In this document: in pieces, positions 49,961-62,919 of the stretch
How the letters are laid out: the number at the start of each line of letters is the position of its first letter
How positions within the stretch are numbered: position 1 is the first letter of the stretch
Assembly: GCF_004010195.1 (NCBI RefSeq)
Contig: NC_057750.1
Coordinates: forward strand, 13,585,473-13,649,472
DNA from: Chiloscyllium plagiosum
Taxonomy: Eukaryota
Direction of reading: 5' to 3'
Length of the DNA: 64,000 nt
Translations under genes and position numbers: made by a program
The notes under the pieces: generated by a model
Seen by the model: only the letters and a program-made list of their open reading frames with translations
The model's database searches: none
Told to the model about the DNA's origin: nothing

Positions 49961-51169
49961 ACCTTGACACCGTCCTCCCTGCTTTCCTGTCCCTCTCACA
50001 CCGTCCAGCCCGATATTCCCTCCATTTCCTACCGGGAGGGAAGTCACGGGCTTGTGTTAACCTCTCTGTCTGTAACTGTGCTGTAATTCCGCTCCCAATA
50101 AGGAACACAAAGGCTTTAAAGTCATGGCAGACATGAGACCAGCGTTCGACTCTCCAAGGCCCGTTCCTCCCACATCCTACCCCTTTGCCATCGCCCTGGC
50201 AACCTCCATCAGAAAAGCAGACGATGGGGACAGAGCCCCATCCGCAGCACAGAGTCCAGCTGAGATTTAACCAACTGGATGCTGCCCAGAAGAGAAGGAA
50301 GCTGGGTTGGAGAGTCAGTGTGGGCTGAATGGCTGTGTAAGCTGGCCCTGACTCTCTGAATGTTAGAGCTATGGATGGGTTTACGTTTATAATCCTTGCC
50401 AGCTTTTCAAGAACATGTCAACGATAAGAAACAAATCCAAACAGGGCATTCAGACTGAAAGCACCTAGAGGTTTTGTTGGTTTTTGTTGGTGGTGAGTAG
50501 AACCCTCTAGCTTGGCAGGAAGCTCCCCCACTCCCCGGGTGTAGTTGGAAGATGGCACAGGTATCTTCGATGAGTGACTCCATTGCTGTTGGGCTTGGAT
50601 GAGGTTGCTGGGAACCGCCTACTCTCGTCACTAAACCCGTCTGCACCTGCAAACATCAGTTAAAATCGGGGTCAGACCTCTCAGCTGGGTCGCGCCCACT
50701 CAACTGTGAGGCCTGGTCACCAGTGGGTCATCCTGAGCTTCTGCTCTGGTGGTTTATGTAAGGTGACCAGGCCCACCAACTTAAGAAGGAGAGGATAATG
50801 TCCCAGGATAAGTTGGGTCGTGGAATGTAGCAATAAATAGGCTGGAATGAACTTCAAAGCACCTTGGATCTGTAACAAACACAGATGTTCGCTGGAGAAA
50901 CTCAGCAATTGTGGCGAGAGAGAGAGAGAGCGGAGTTAACACTTCAAGCCCGGCGACTTGCCATCAGAACAGCTCTGAACTGGACCTGAAACTTTAACTC
51001 TGTCTTCCTCTCAGACAGAGGCCGTACAGGGCAATAAGAGGCCATTTGGCCCATTTCAAAGAACTTCCCACACAGACCCACCCCAACCCTCCACCCTATC
51101 CCCCTGCATTTCCTATGGCTTACCCACCTAGCCTGCACCACCCCTGGACACTATGGGTAATTTAGCATA

Positions 51170-51305
51170 GGCGAAAGTGTGTACTGCGGATGCTGGAGAT
51201 TAGAGTCAAGATTTAGAGAGTGGTGCTGGAAAAGCACAGCAGGTCAGGCAGCATCCGAGGAGCAGGAAAATCAACGTTTCAGGCAAAAGCCACTCATCAG
51301 GAATG
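51170..51305 (-). mobile_element. Family A element nested in an HE1-like SINE
   Basis: ggcgaaagtgtgtactgcggatgctgg...cgtttcaggcaaaagccactcatcaggaat. Confidence 0.65.
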
Positions 51306-52065
51306 ATCCACCCTAACCTGGACGACCCTGGACTGTGGGAGGAAACCCACACAGACACGGGGAGAACATGCAAACTCCACACAGACAGTCATGCGAGGCT
51401 GGAATCGAACCCGGGACCCTGGCGCTAGGAGGCAGCAATGCTAACCACTGAGCCATCACACTGCCATAGTGATGTCGCTAGACCTGTTGAGCTTCTCAAG
51501 CTCTTTCTGGGGTTTTGTAATAAATAAGCTGACACAGGCGTCCACAGACCCTATATTCTCTGCTATAACGAGGACATTAGTGTAGAGTTTCCCAAACGTT
51601 TTCCCACCATGTCCACTGTTTCAAAACTCAGGAACTGTCTTGACTCCTCAGTTGACCCCAGAGATGGGAATGGAGGTGGGGAGGCTTGAGAGAGAATGGG
51701 GTGGGGGACCAAGGTGAGGAGGGATCCTGTATACTGCTATCATCTCACTATTACAGCAAACCCCACCCCCCCCCACCCGCCACCTACATTTCAGCTGGTG
51801 GCTCAGCCTGGGGACCCTCAGCCTCCAGCCCTGCACTAATGTGTTACTGATCACAGTGTGGTTGCTCAATGTATCAAAGCTCAAAGCAGTGGCGTGGTTT
51901 GGCTGGGATGGGCTGGGGAAGGGGAGCTGGTGGAGAGAGGGGGGTGTCTGGTCCAAAAGGTGGCATTCCCGCAAGAAAAATACTTCCGAGAAAAGGGAAG
52001 GGACCAGATTGAAAATCTGAAGCAGCCTTTCCTAGAATACCGGTCCGATCTACTCAACTGAGCAT

Positions 52066-52435
52066 CTGAGGCTGAGGGGTGACCTTACAGCGGTCTATAA
52101 AATCATTAGGGGCATGGATAGGATAAATAGACAAAGTCTCTTCCCTGGGGTGGGGGGAGTCCAGAACTAAAGGGCATAGGTTTAGGGTGAGAGAGGAAAG
52201 ATATAAAAGGGGCAACTTTTTCACACAGAGGGTGGTGCGTGTATGGAATGAGCTGCCAGAGGAAGTGGTGGAGGCTTTCATTTAAAAGGCATTTGGATGG
52301 GTACATGGATAGGAAGGGTTTGGAGGGATATGGGCCGGGTGCTGGCAGGTGGGACTAGATTGGGTTGGGATATCTGGTCGGCATGGACGGGTTGGAGCGA
52401 AGGGTCTGTTTCCGTGCTGTACATCTCTATGACTC
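52066..52435 (+). mobile_element. CR1 LINE 3' fragment
   Basis: Same 3' segment as 23246-23690. Confidence 0.8.
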
Positions 52436-52674
52436 TTTGACTCTAACCTCTCCTCACTGGACATTCTCAAACCCACCAAGCGAACTTTCTCTGGACTACC
52501 TCCAATGCCAGGATGTTTTTCCTGAAATAAGGAGACCAAAGTCTGTGCAAGCCTTTCCGAGATGAAATCCATCACGATGAATTGTAAGCAATGTGTTTAG
52601 GGTATAAAAATTGGAGACTGAGCTAAAATTGAACAAGGCAGTGGGCAGGCTGGAATACTGGAAACCAAATGGTC

Positions 52675-52800
52675 TCCTTATCAGGGGAAAGGGACATCAG
52701 CAATGAAGATTCACTCTGCTGATCCCAGGGAATGGAGTCCTTATCAGGGGAAAGGGACATCAGCAATGAAGATTCACTCTGCTGATCCCAGGGAATGGAG
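52675..52800. repeat. Perfect 63-bp tandem duplication within a CR1 fragment
   Basis: 52675-52737 equals 52738-52800. Confidence 0.9.
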
Positions 52801-53369
52801 GGACTGTCTGAGGAGGAGAGGTTGAGTAGGCCGGGCCTGTACCCACTGGAGTTTAGAACAGGAGGCGGCGACCTTATTGAAATGGACATGAATCTTAGGG
52901 CACTTGACAGGGGAGGAGATGGTTGGTTCCCCTTGCGGGACCATCCAGGGCCAGAGAATATCATCTCAGACCAAGGAGTCGCCCACTGACGACCAAGATG
53001 AGGAGGAATTTCTTCTCTCAGAGGGGAGTGAATCGGTCAAGGCGGATAGAGAGGGATGTTTAATCAGGAAGGGAATGGAAGTGAAAAGGCTGGGACACGG
53101 ATGATCAGATCAGCCGTGATATCATTGAGGGTGGAGCAGATGCTATGGGCTGCGTGGCCTGCTTCTGATCCGACTTCTTACAGTCTCCGGATTTACAGGG
53201 TGTGAGAAAACATGCCAAAGGGCCTGGTCACAAACCTGAATCACGTCATCGACATTCAGAGTGTCTGGGATCCTTAACATAACACCCGTGTTCAGTAATG
53301 CTCTTTAGGGAAGGAAATCTGCCATCCTTACCTGGTCTGGCCGACAGACCCATAGCAACATGGCTGACG

Positions 53370-53711
53370 TGAAGTAACTCCAGAGAGGCTGGCATCCTGT
53401 CACCAAGTCACTATTTATCAAACACGTGGAGAGTCCTTGACACTGATCCATCTCCCTCAGAGGCAGCTCTCAGAGTGAACAAAAGCCCTGACACTCCTGT
53501 TTTCATTTTGTCTCCTCTTCTCCTTAATACAGAAAAGTGGAAAGTCTTTCACTCTCACCAATCCAGCTGCCGCAGAGGCAGCTCTTAGAGTGAGCAGAAC
53601 CTCTGACGCTCCTGGTGTTATCTGTCAGCCAGGGCTCCCTGATTGGACCAGGTTAAAAGCCCCAATCTGGGAACCTCATATCCTATAACTGACTTTGTCA
53701 CACTCACTGCA
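53370..53711 (-). mobile_element. Solo LTR (Gypsy-like) inserted in a SINE
   Basis: TGAAGT...ACTGCA termini, flanks gacg/gaca, host SINE resumes on both sides. Confidence 0.55.
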
Positions 53712-55539
53712 GACAGTTAACTGCCCTCTGAAATAGCCCTCGCACTCCACACTCGATTCAGGGGTAGTTAGGGATGAGCAACAATTGCTGTCCATGAGAC
53801 AATGAAGGGGAATGGCCTTGTGTATCCCATTTATGGAGCTAGTAAGTTCAATTTGTCTAATGAGACTTGTACGTTATGTAATAAAAGTACATTTTAAGTT
53901 CACTACCAAAAGAAAAGAAGCATTTCACAGCATTAATGTCTGACTGTGGTACCTCTTGTCCTGTCTAATGCACAGCACAGGTTTGGGTAACCGACTACAA
54001 AGTTTTTAAGAGTAAATTTGTTTTTAATCGATGTAAGTTGGAAGGTCAAGAGATGGCATTTGTAGAAGGGTGTTGGATTCGTAGAATGGCTACAGGACAG
54101 GAAAAAGATACTCAGCCCATCATTTCGTTGCCAGCCCTCTGCAAGCGCAACTCACCCAGTGTTCCCCCCTCTAACCTTCTGTCTTCCTAAATAGTCCAAT
54201 CCCCTCTTCTAAACCTCAGGTGACCTCGCCTCGACTGCTGTGTGTGGCGGTGCATTCCAGACACTAACTTCAAAGCGTTTTCTCCCAAACCCTGCTGTCG
54301 TTTCTTTGTCAAACCTGTCAGGTCAATGTCTTTTGGTTCTTAGCTCTTATGCGTTTTCCCTGTCACTCCATCCTTGTGATGTTGAGCATCTCTCTCACAT
54401 GTCCTCTCCACCTTCTCTTCGCCTATGTCTCCAGTCTGTCTATGGAACTGAAATTCCTCATGCCTGGGAACGATTAGAATGAGGAATTCAAATCCTCACA
54501 TCAATCCCAGCATGCAATGCTCAGATTTGGACACAATCATCCCTTTTGCGAGTGGAACAATACGGAGACTGGTATACCTTAACTCCTTCACTTTGTACTC
54601 CATAGATTTTATAATTCCCTTTCTCAAACCACCCTGCCACCCTCAATGATTTGAGCATGTCATGGATCCCTTTTCCACCACACCCTATTTATCCTTCATT
54701 TAAATTATAATGCATCGCGGCACATGTCTCTCCATCAAACTGCATGGGCCACTTGTCCTCCTGTTCCATCAGAGTGTGTCCTCTCAAAGTTCAGCCCTAG
54801 CCTCTAGCACCAGTTCAAAATTGTTCTGTCATTTTCAATTTGGAAAGTAGTGCCTGGGCTGACTTATAAATCCGAAGACACAATTGTCCCAACACCGAGT
54901 TGTGGAGAACGTTCCTTTCACTGTTTCCTAACACTCTGCTAATCTTGTCTCTATGCTACTGGCAACCGTCTTCCTCTACAGACTCCATATTTGTTGGAAA
55001 ACCCATTATCTTTTCATGTGAAAGTCCATGTACACCACATCCACCGCACACCCCTCATCAACCCCACCTGTTATCTCGCGAAAACTCCAGCAAGTTCATA
55101 AATGCAATTTGTCCTTGGATAATCAAAGTTGACTTTCCACAATTTACCCGTTGTTTTCCAAGGGTCTGTAAATTATCTCCTGAATTACCACTTCCAAAAG
55201 CTTCTCAATCATGGATTGACCTGCAATAACTGGCCTTGTCCTCACACTCTAGATTGAATAAGAGGGCAAGATCTGCAACTCTATAGTCCTCTGGGACCCA
55301 GTTCTGAGATGGATTGGAAAATAACACTGAATACTAAACTATGTGTGTTACAGCGGATATGGTACTCTGTGTTTGTTACATTGAATACATATTGAGATGA
55401 ATATTAACTCCACCCAGTAAATGCCACAAAGCTAATACGTACAATCAAAAGACTTGGATAGCATAAAATCTAACACAGAAGCTGTGTAAATTGTAATGCC
55501 CAAAAATCAATTAAATTGCCCTCGTGGTTTTGTACTTAC

Positions 55540-55607
55540 TGATGATTAAAATCCTGCAAATTGCAACGCTGCACTGAAGGCTGCTGTGGTCTGGAAACAT
55601 CTGCCAT
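55540..55607 (-). CDS. Candidate first coding exon of the RasGRP4-like gene
   Basis: agcATGG Kozak context, MADVSRPQQPSVQRCNLQDFNH+ca, consensus donor gtaagt, phase 2 matching exon 2. A further in-frame ATG lies at 55775. No recognised homology. Confidence 0.45.
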
Positions 55608-55827
55608 GCTGATCGCTTGCAAGTGGCAGCACTTGTCAGATTGTACCAGATTGCCCGGCACAGGAACAGAAAGGCAAATCTGACCTAGGTCCTGCCAAGT
55701 GGCACCAAAGGGGCCAGCGGTGGGGAGATACTTTGGGCTAATGCGCTGCTGTTCAGCAACAGTGGCTCTGACCATCAAAAAGCACAGGAGACTGCTACAA
55801 TTTTGAACAATATAGATGCCACGTATA

Positions 55828-55861
<34 letters not shown>

Positions 55862-55899
55862 CTTCCACAGCAGACTTGGCGGTAGAGTTGGGTAAGAAT

Positions 55900-56010
55900 T
55901 GGGGAAGTGTTCCTTTCTGACAAACACAGAGCTGCAGCCCAGACACTCGCACTGAGCAAGCCCGCAGTCTGATTGGCTACCCCTTGTTGAAGCCTGTTTC
56001 TAATCAGCCA
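55900..56010 (-). promoter_or_regulatory. Putative promoter upstream of candidate exon 1
   Basis: NF-Y-type tagCCAATcag (minus, 55979-55969) and ETS/PU.1-like GGGGAAGTG (55901-55909), in ~1 kb with no recognisable transposon. Confidence 0.3.
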
Positions 56011-56274
56011 AATGCTTTCAATTCAACCTGCGATGGCAGTGCATGTGAATTTAATCACTCAATCTATTGTTTTACATCCAAACTTTTTTTATAGATCAGA
56101 TTCATAAATAACCCATTTCTTCTGGTGCCCAGAAATGTGAAGGTTGTTCTCATTTCCACCTCTTATTGTGCTTGAAGTGCTATAATTAGACCATTCCCTC
56201 CTTGACCGACACAGTTGAACAACATGACTTTATTGGTATGCGACTACCTGTAGAGAGCTGAATTTTATTCTTTC

Positions 56275-56830
56275 GTGGGATTTAGGAGTCATTGGCTGGG
56301 TCAGCTTTTATAACCTAGTTGCCCTCGAGAAGCTTTTAAGTGCCACATATTGGGTGCTGTAGGAAAACCCACAATGCCCTGGGGGTGGGGATTCCAGGAT
56401 TCTGACCCAGCGACACTGAAGGAACGGCGATAGATTTCCGAGTCAGGGGGGGTGAGTGGTTTGGAGGGGAACTTGCAGGAGATGGTGGTCCCCTGTATCT
56501 GCTGCCCTTGACCTTCTAGATGGAAGTGGTCGTGGGTTTGGAAGGTGCTGTCTTTGGTGAATTGCTGCAGTGCATCTTGTAGATGGTACACCCTGCTGCT
56601 ACTGAGCGTCGGTGGCGGAGGGAGGGGATGTTTGTGGGTGTGGTGCCAACCAAGCGGGGGGCTGCTTTGTCCTGGATGGTGTCGGGCTTTTAGAGTGTTG
56701 TTGGAGCTGCCCCCATCCAGGGGCAAGTGGGGAGTATTCCCTCACGCCCCTGACTTGTGGACAGGCTTTGGGGAGTCAGGAGATGAGTTACTCCCTACAG
56801 GATTCCTAGCCTCTGACCTGCTCTTGTAGT
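56275..56830 (-). mobile_element. Zenon-like LINE 3' fragment
   Basis: Reverse complement of the same family. Confidence 0.7.
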
Positions 56831-58057
56831 CATCATGCCTTTTGAACTTGCCAAAGCCTCAGTTATACTGTCAGCTCCATAAAGAGGAGTGGAACTCTTC
56901 AATTACAAACAATGACATGACATTTTAACATGACAGGGTGACCGGCTGACTGTTAACAATACAGGGGTGCAAAGCATCGAGTCATAGAGTTGTACAGCCC
57001 GGGAATGAACCCTTTGATCTAACCCTTCCATGCCATCCAGGTATCCCAAGTTAACCTAGATCCATTAGCTGACAGTTGGTCCATTGTCCTCTAAACCTTT
57101 CCCATTCATGTACCCATCCTGATGCCTTTTAAATGTTGTAATTGTACCAGCCTCCATCATTTTAGAATCACAGAATCCCTCCAGTGTAGGAAGAGCCCAT
57201 TTGGCCCGTCAAGTCTGCACTGACCCTCCGAAGAGCATCCCACCCAGAACAAACTACCCCTCACCCCACCCTATCCCCGTAACCCTACGTTATCATGGCT
57301 AATTCCCCATAGACTGTACATTTTTAGACACCTATGAAGTGTAAGGAGATTACTTTGGGAACTTTCAGTCATTGAGGCCTACAGCATGGAGACAGATCCT
57401 TCGGCTCAGACTGGTCCATGATATCCACCCACACTAACCCCATTTCCCTGCACTTGGCCCATACCCTTCTAAACCTTCACTATCCATGCATTTGTCCAAA
57501 TGCCTTTTAATTTGCTGAGAAGCCATCTTCCGCTGCCCTGACTCCACCCAAGACTTCTGTACATCTAAAGTACGGTCCCCTAACAAAGTCAGAGTGTTCG
57601 CGGCGATGTAAAACCGGGAGCTGTCCCTTCAAGAAGTCAACCTTGACGGGGGGGGGGGGGGGCAGATGCAAACAGGAAAAGACCCTGGTTTTTATAGCAC
57701 ACGAGGCAAAATCTTGAACTGCCTTCCATCAGAAGAAGTATTCTTAATGTGCACTCACTGCTGTAATGTCGGGAAACATTGCCATTTCAGGCACAGAAAG
57801 CTCCCACAACCAGCCCAATGATAGTGACCAAACAACCTCTTTGTGTGACATTGATTAAACATTGCCTGAACTCCCTTTCAACACAGGACCTTTTCTCATT
57901 CCTGGTCCCACTGGAAGGGCATGAATTTAGGGATGGCATGGTAGCTCAGTGGTTAGCACCACAGTGCCAGGGTCTCAGGTTCAATTCCAGCCTCGGTCGA
58001 CTGACCGTGTGGAGTTTGCACGTTCTCCCCGTGTCTGGGTAGGGCTCCTTTGGATTG

Positions 58058-58182
58058 GGAGAAAGTGAGGCCTGCAGATGCTGGGGATCAGAGCTTAAAA
58101 ATGTGTTGCTGGAAAAGCGCAGCAGGTCAGGCAGCATCAAAGGAGAAGGAGAATCGACGTTTCGGGCATAAGCCCTTCTCAG
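58058..58182 (-). mobile_element. Family A element nested in an HE1-like SINE
   Basis: gagaaagtgaggcctgcagatgctgg...cgacgtttcgggcataagcccttctcagg. Confidence 0.65.
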
Positions 58183-59154
58183 GTTTCCTCTCACAATCCC
58201 ATGGTGCCACGCTAAATTAGCTCATAGTGCACAAGGATGTGTAGCTAGTCATGGGGGATTAGCCATGGCAAAATGTGGGTCTGGCTGGGATGCATTGTGG
58301 AAGGTCAGTGCTGGCCTGATGGGCAGAAGGGCCTCTTTCTGCACTGTAAGCAATCTGTGTTTCTGTGAATTTAACCATCTCTTCCCAAAGACCGCACCCA
58401 CCCACCCACCATCCCCAACAGTGCAGTGTACTCCCCCAGTTCTTCACTAGGAATGGAAGCTAAGAGTTCACACCTAAGTTTAGAGCAGGATGTGAACCCA
58501 GAGCCCTCTTCCCTCAGAGGAGAGACTGCCACACGGAGATATCATCAGGAGATCAGAGGAACAGTGAAAGTCAGTAGATAGCCAATAGCAGTCTACTGCC
58601 AGGGGCTATCAGGGACTCTTCGATCGGACCCTAGGGTAGACAAGGAGGAGCATACCTCTAATTAACCAGTTCTTCAGCAGCAGGCCTAAGCCCCGAGGGC
58701 CCACTGGACTGTGGCGGGTCAGTACCTCATTTGCCGGGCGCTGCCCAATTCGAGGTGGGCAGGGGCTGACCAGGGAGAGGCAATGTTTCCATCTCACGAT
58801 CAGAGAGGCCGTAGCACCCATTCCCAATGCCAGCTGAGGCAGGCTAATCACTGCCAACTCCTACGTCACTCCAGTGCTCTCAAGCAAAGCTCGAATGACC
58901 ACTTCCAGGGCACAAGACTGGACAAAGTCCGAGGGGACCCTCAGTGACCCAAAAAGTCAGAGCTCCCCCTCTTAACTTCCCAGGCCGAGCCCAAACGCAG
59001 TCATTAGCCTGGTCCCAGGGGGTTCCAGGGAGATGTCTTTGTTTATACATTAATGTATTTCTAGGGGTGAACTCCCTCAATTCACTTCAAAACGCATGCA
59101 CTGGGCTGCACTAAATCCTACTGGACCCCCAGCCTGCCCATAGACTTAATGAAC

Positions 59155-59280
59155 GACAGAAAAACTGCAGATGCTGAAATCCAAGGTAGACAGGCGGGAG
59201 GCTGGAAGAACACAGCAAGCCAGGCAGCATCAGGAGGTGGGGAAGTCGATGTTTCGGGTCCAACCCTTCTTCAGTCCTGA
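59155..59280 (-). mobile_element. Penelope-derived element, third subfamily
   Basis: Minus strand CTGAAGA-A-GGGT tgg ACCC-GAAA-CATC plus related tail; a similar tail lies at 28711-28830. Confidence 0.55.
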
Positions 59281-59384
59281 ATGGAACTTCATAGACTTAA
59301 TGAGGCCAGCCATTGACCAGTGATGGTCAATCCCTCACGTCTGTATGGGTTTCAGACCCTGATTGGAGCTCTATTGGAGTAGGG

Positions 59385-60225
59385 ATGTCTTGCTGCAATT
59401 GTACAGGGCCATGGTGAGGTCATAGCTGGAGTATTGTGTTCAGTTTTAGTCTCCTTATCTGAGGGAGGATGTTCTGGTGATGGAGGGAGTGGCCTCAAAG
59501 ATTTACCAGACTGGATTCTGGGATGGCAGCACTGATGTATGAGGAGAGACTGGGTCAGTTTGGAGTATATTGACTGGAGGAGGGGGGAATTTCACCCCTA
59601 CAGTGTGGAAACAGGCCCTTCAGCCCAACAAGTCCACACCAACCCTCCGAAGAGTAACCCACCCAGACCCATTTCTCACTGACTGATGCACCTAACACCA
59701 AGGGCAATTTAGCACGGCCAATCCACCCTGACCTGCACATATTTGGACTGTGGGAGGAAACTGGAGCACCCGGAGGAAACCCACCCAGACACGGGGAGAA
59801 TGTGCAAACTCCAGCCCGAGGCTGGAATCGAACCTGTGACCCTGGTGCTGTGAGGCAGCAGTGCTAACCACTGAGCCACTGCCCAAAACCTATAGATTTT
59901 TCTCAGGACCATTTGGATGAGTGTGGGGAAGGATGTTCCCCATTACCAGGGAATCCAGAACCAGGGGATCACACTCTAAGGATACGGGATTGGACTGAGA
60001 TGGGGAGAAATGTCTTCATCCAGAGAGTGGAGAGCCTGTGGAACTCTCTACCCCAGAACACAATTGAGGCCGGAGCGTTGAATGTTTTCGAGGAGTTGTT
60101 AGATTGAGTTCATTAGGTTAAAGGGACCAAAGGGAGGAAGCGGGAACCGGAGACTGAGGAGGGTGGTCAGCCATGAATGATGGAGCAGACTTGAAGGGCC
60201 GAATGGTCTACTCTGGCTCCTATTT
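59385..60225 (+). mobile_element. CR1 LINE fragment hosting an HE1-like SINE (59598-59882, minus strand)
   Basis: ctggagtattgtgttcagttttagtctcc...RNVFIQRVESLWNSLP. Confidence 0.75.
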
Positions 60226-62457
60226 TCCACGTTGCTATCTTCAAAAGCATTAGGGGAAAATCCTGTGCAATTCACAGTCTCGAAGAACTCTTTGAAATTC
60301 ACAATGATTTGCAAGTTCACTCTCGCGAAGGGAGAAGGTGACCTGATTTCCGGTATTGGCCATCACAAATGTTTAATATTACCCTGACCAGTCCGATCAC
60401 ATGACCAAATCACCAAGCAGACGGCCTGCTGTTATCTGATTGGCTGTGAGGCCTCAATGTGCCCGGGATTGCTGCACACTCACTGATGAGACAGTGAGCT
60501 GATGAGACAGAAGGAGGCCGTTCAGTTCACCTGTCTGTGCTGGCTCTCTGCAAAAAAACTATTGCCCCGTTCCTTCGTTCATACCTCTTCTGCCTTTCAG
60601 AGAGGTATCCAACTCTTTCTTGAATTCCTCCGATCACATTGCCTCCACAGAAACCTCAGGCAGATGATTTGGATGGAGGGAGTGTGCGAGGCAATTGGGG
60701 AGAAGGTAGGAGATTGGCGATAGTCAGTGATGGCCGTTTCGAGGTCTTGGGCATCACAGTGCTGAGATCATGTGACCATTCCGGACCTTAACCAATCGCT
60801 GCACAAAGGAACTTGGTCTCAGCTTGCCGTTAAGCTTCCAGTGCAGGAACAGTTTCTCCCTCTCTACTCTGCCCAGGCCCCTCGTGATGTTGAACGCCTC
60901 CATCAAGTCTCTTTGCAACAGCTAATAGCCCCAGCCTCTCTGATTTATCCACAGGACTGAAATTACTCAACCCTGGGTACCATTCTCATGGGTGGGGTAC
61001 CCTTCGAAGGGTGGGTGTGGACTTGTTGGGCCGAAATGCCTGTTTCCACACTGTAAGAATTCTATTCTATTCTGCTGTCACATCCTTCAGATGCAGGTAT
61101 CACTGGTTGGGCCTACCCTAGTTGCCCCCTTTGAGAAGGTGGGGGGGGGGGGGGTGAGCTGCCTTCCTGAACCGCTGCAGTCCACTTGCTGTGGGTTGAC
61201 CCACAATGCCCTGAGGGAGGGGATTCCAGGATTTTGACCCAGTGACACTGAAGGAAGGGAGATATATTTCCAAGTCGGGATGGAGAGTGACTTGGAGGGG
61301 AACTTGCACGAGATGTTGTTCCTATGTATCTATTTCTCTTCATCGAGATTAGTGGCATGTGATTTCCTTGCTTCTGTACTCTTTATTTCAATTTACAACG
61401 TGCAAGATCCCATATGGCCTTATTAATCACTTTCTCAACCTGCATGTCGCGCTCAGAGATCTGTGCACATACACTCCCAAGTCCCTGTGCTCCTGACCCT
61501 TTCTATAATTATATTGTTCATTACGTATTGCTTCTTGAACTTCTTGATAAAAGAAATTCATTGACTTTAACATTCCAAAATGCTTTACTATCAATAACGT
61601 ATGTTTGAAACATAAGTTACTGCTGCAACGTAGCAAAGTCTGCCGAAGCGATGTGTGGTGAGGGACACAGCTCACTTCACAGAATCCTCACAGTGTTGGA
61701 GCAGGTCATTCAGCCCCTACTGACCCTCTAAAGAGCAGCCTACCCGCCCCGTATTTCCCACGGCAAACCCACCTACTACATGCAAATGGTACGGCCAATC
61801 CACCCTAACCTGCACATCCCTAGACTGTGTGGGGTGGGGGGGAAACCAGAGCACCCAGAAGAAGCCCATATAGACACGGAGAGAATGTACAAACTCCACC
61901 CAGACAGTCGCCTGAGGCTGGAATCGAACCTGGGTCCCTGGCGCCATAAGGCAGCAGTGCTAACCACTGAGCCACCGTGCTACCAAAGCGAAAGCATGTG
62001 TAATCTATGGTCTGGAGGACAACGCTACTGACACCGCGACATGCCCTCAGCCTGACACTGGGTGTATCAGCTGACCCTGTGTGCCCAGCTCAATGGAGTA
62101 GGACTGGCACCCTCTGACTCAGAGGTGAGGGCACTACCTCCCCGAGCTCCAGACAGAACATACAACTTTTGGGATGGCAACCCAAACATCGTGGCGAAAA
62201 TATGGACGAGAAAACAAAGTCTCCCTCTTCTCAGTGTTGGAAATGATCAGCACCATTGTCGGAGTCTCTCTGCAGAACGGAGACATTATGCCAGACGAGA
62301 GGAATGCTGTTACTGCCTACCATCTGGTCGACAAAGTCATGTTTCAGATATAACATTTCATCAAAGTGTTTTCAGATGCCGATTAATCTGTTGCACAATT
62401 TTAGAATTTCCCATTCTTATTTAAAGCGATCACAACAGGCGGATTGATATAAATTAG

Positions 62458-62742
62458 GGGCAGCACGGTGGCTCAGTGGTTAGCACTGCTGCCTCACAGC
62501 ACCACGGACCCAGGTTCGATTCCTGCCTCGGGTGACTGTCTGTGTGGAGTCTGCACATTCTCCCCGTGTCTGTGTGGGTTTCCTCCCACAGTCCAAAGAT
62601 GTGCGGGTTAGGTGAATTGGCCGTGCTAAATTGCCCATAGTGTCAGAGGGAAATGGGTCTGAGTGTATTACTGTGCGGAGGGTCAGTGTGGACTTGTTGG
62701 GCGGAAGGGCTTGTTTCCGCACTGTAGGGAATCTAATCTAAT
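62458..62742 (+). mobile_element. HE1-like SINE (further copies near 5480-5860, 6545-6865, 10333-10633, 35110-35355, 46957-47235, 61677-61980, 63915-64000)
   Basis: A/B boxes, central domain, (tctaa)n tail. Confidence 0.82.
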
Positions 62743-62919
62743 CAAAATTTCATTGAGATCTCGTTCACGATACAATATCTCCCAGAATGAGACTGGTAAC
62801 TGTTAGCATAGCCAGCCTAGGAGTCAATTCATTGTTGGAGATCTTGTCCTGGCGATGATGGCACTGGACGAGTAATCCAGAGGCTTCTGCAAACTCTCCG
62901 AGGCTACAGGGTTCAAGTC

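Noticed and set aside
49955..50140. Minus-strand donor caag|gtaaag with an open phase-2 frame, as a possible exon
   Set aside because: No ATG or convincing in-phase acceptor. The donor coincides with the end of a Deu-type SINE.
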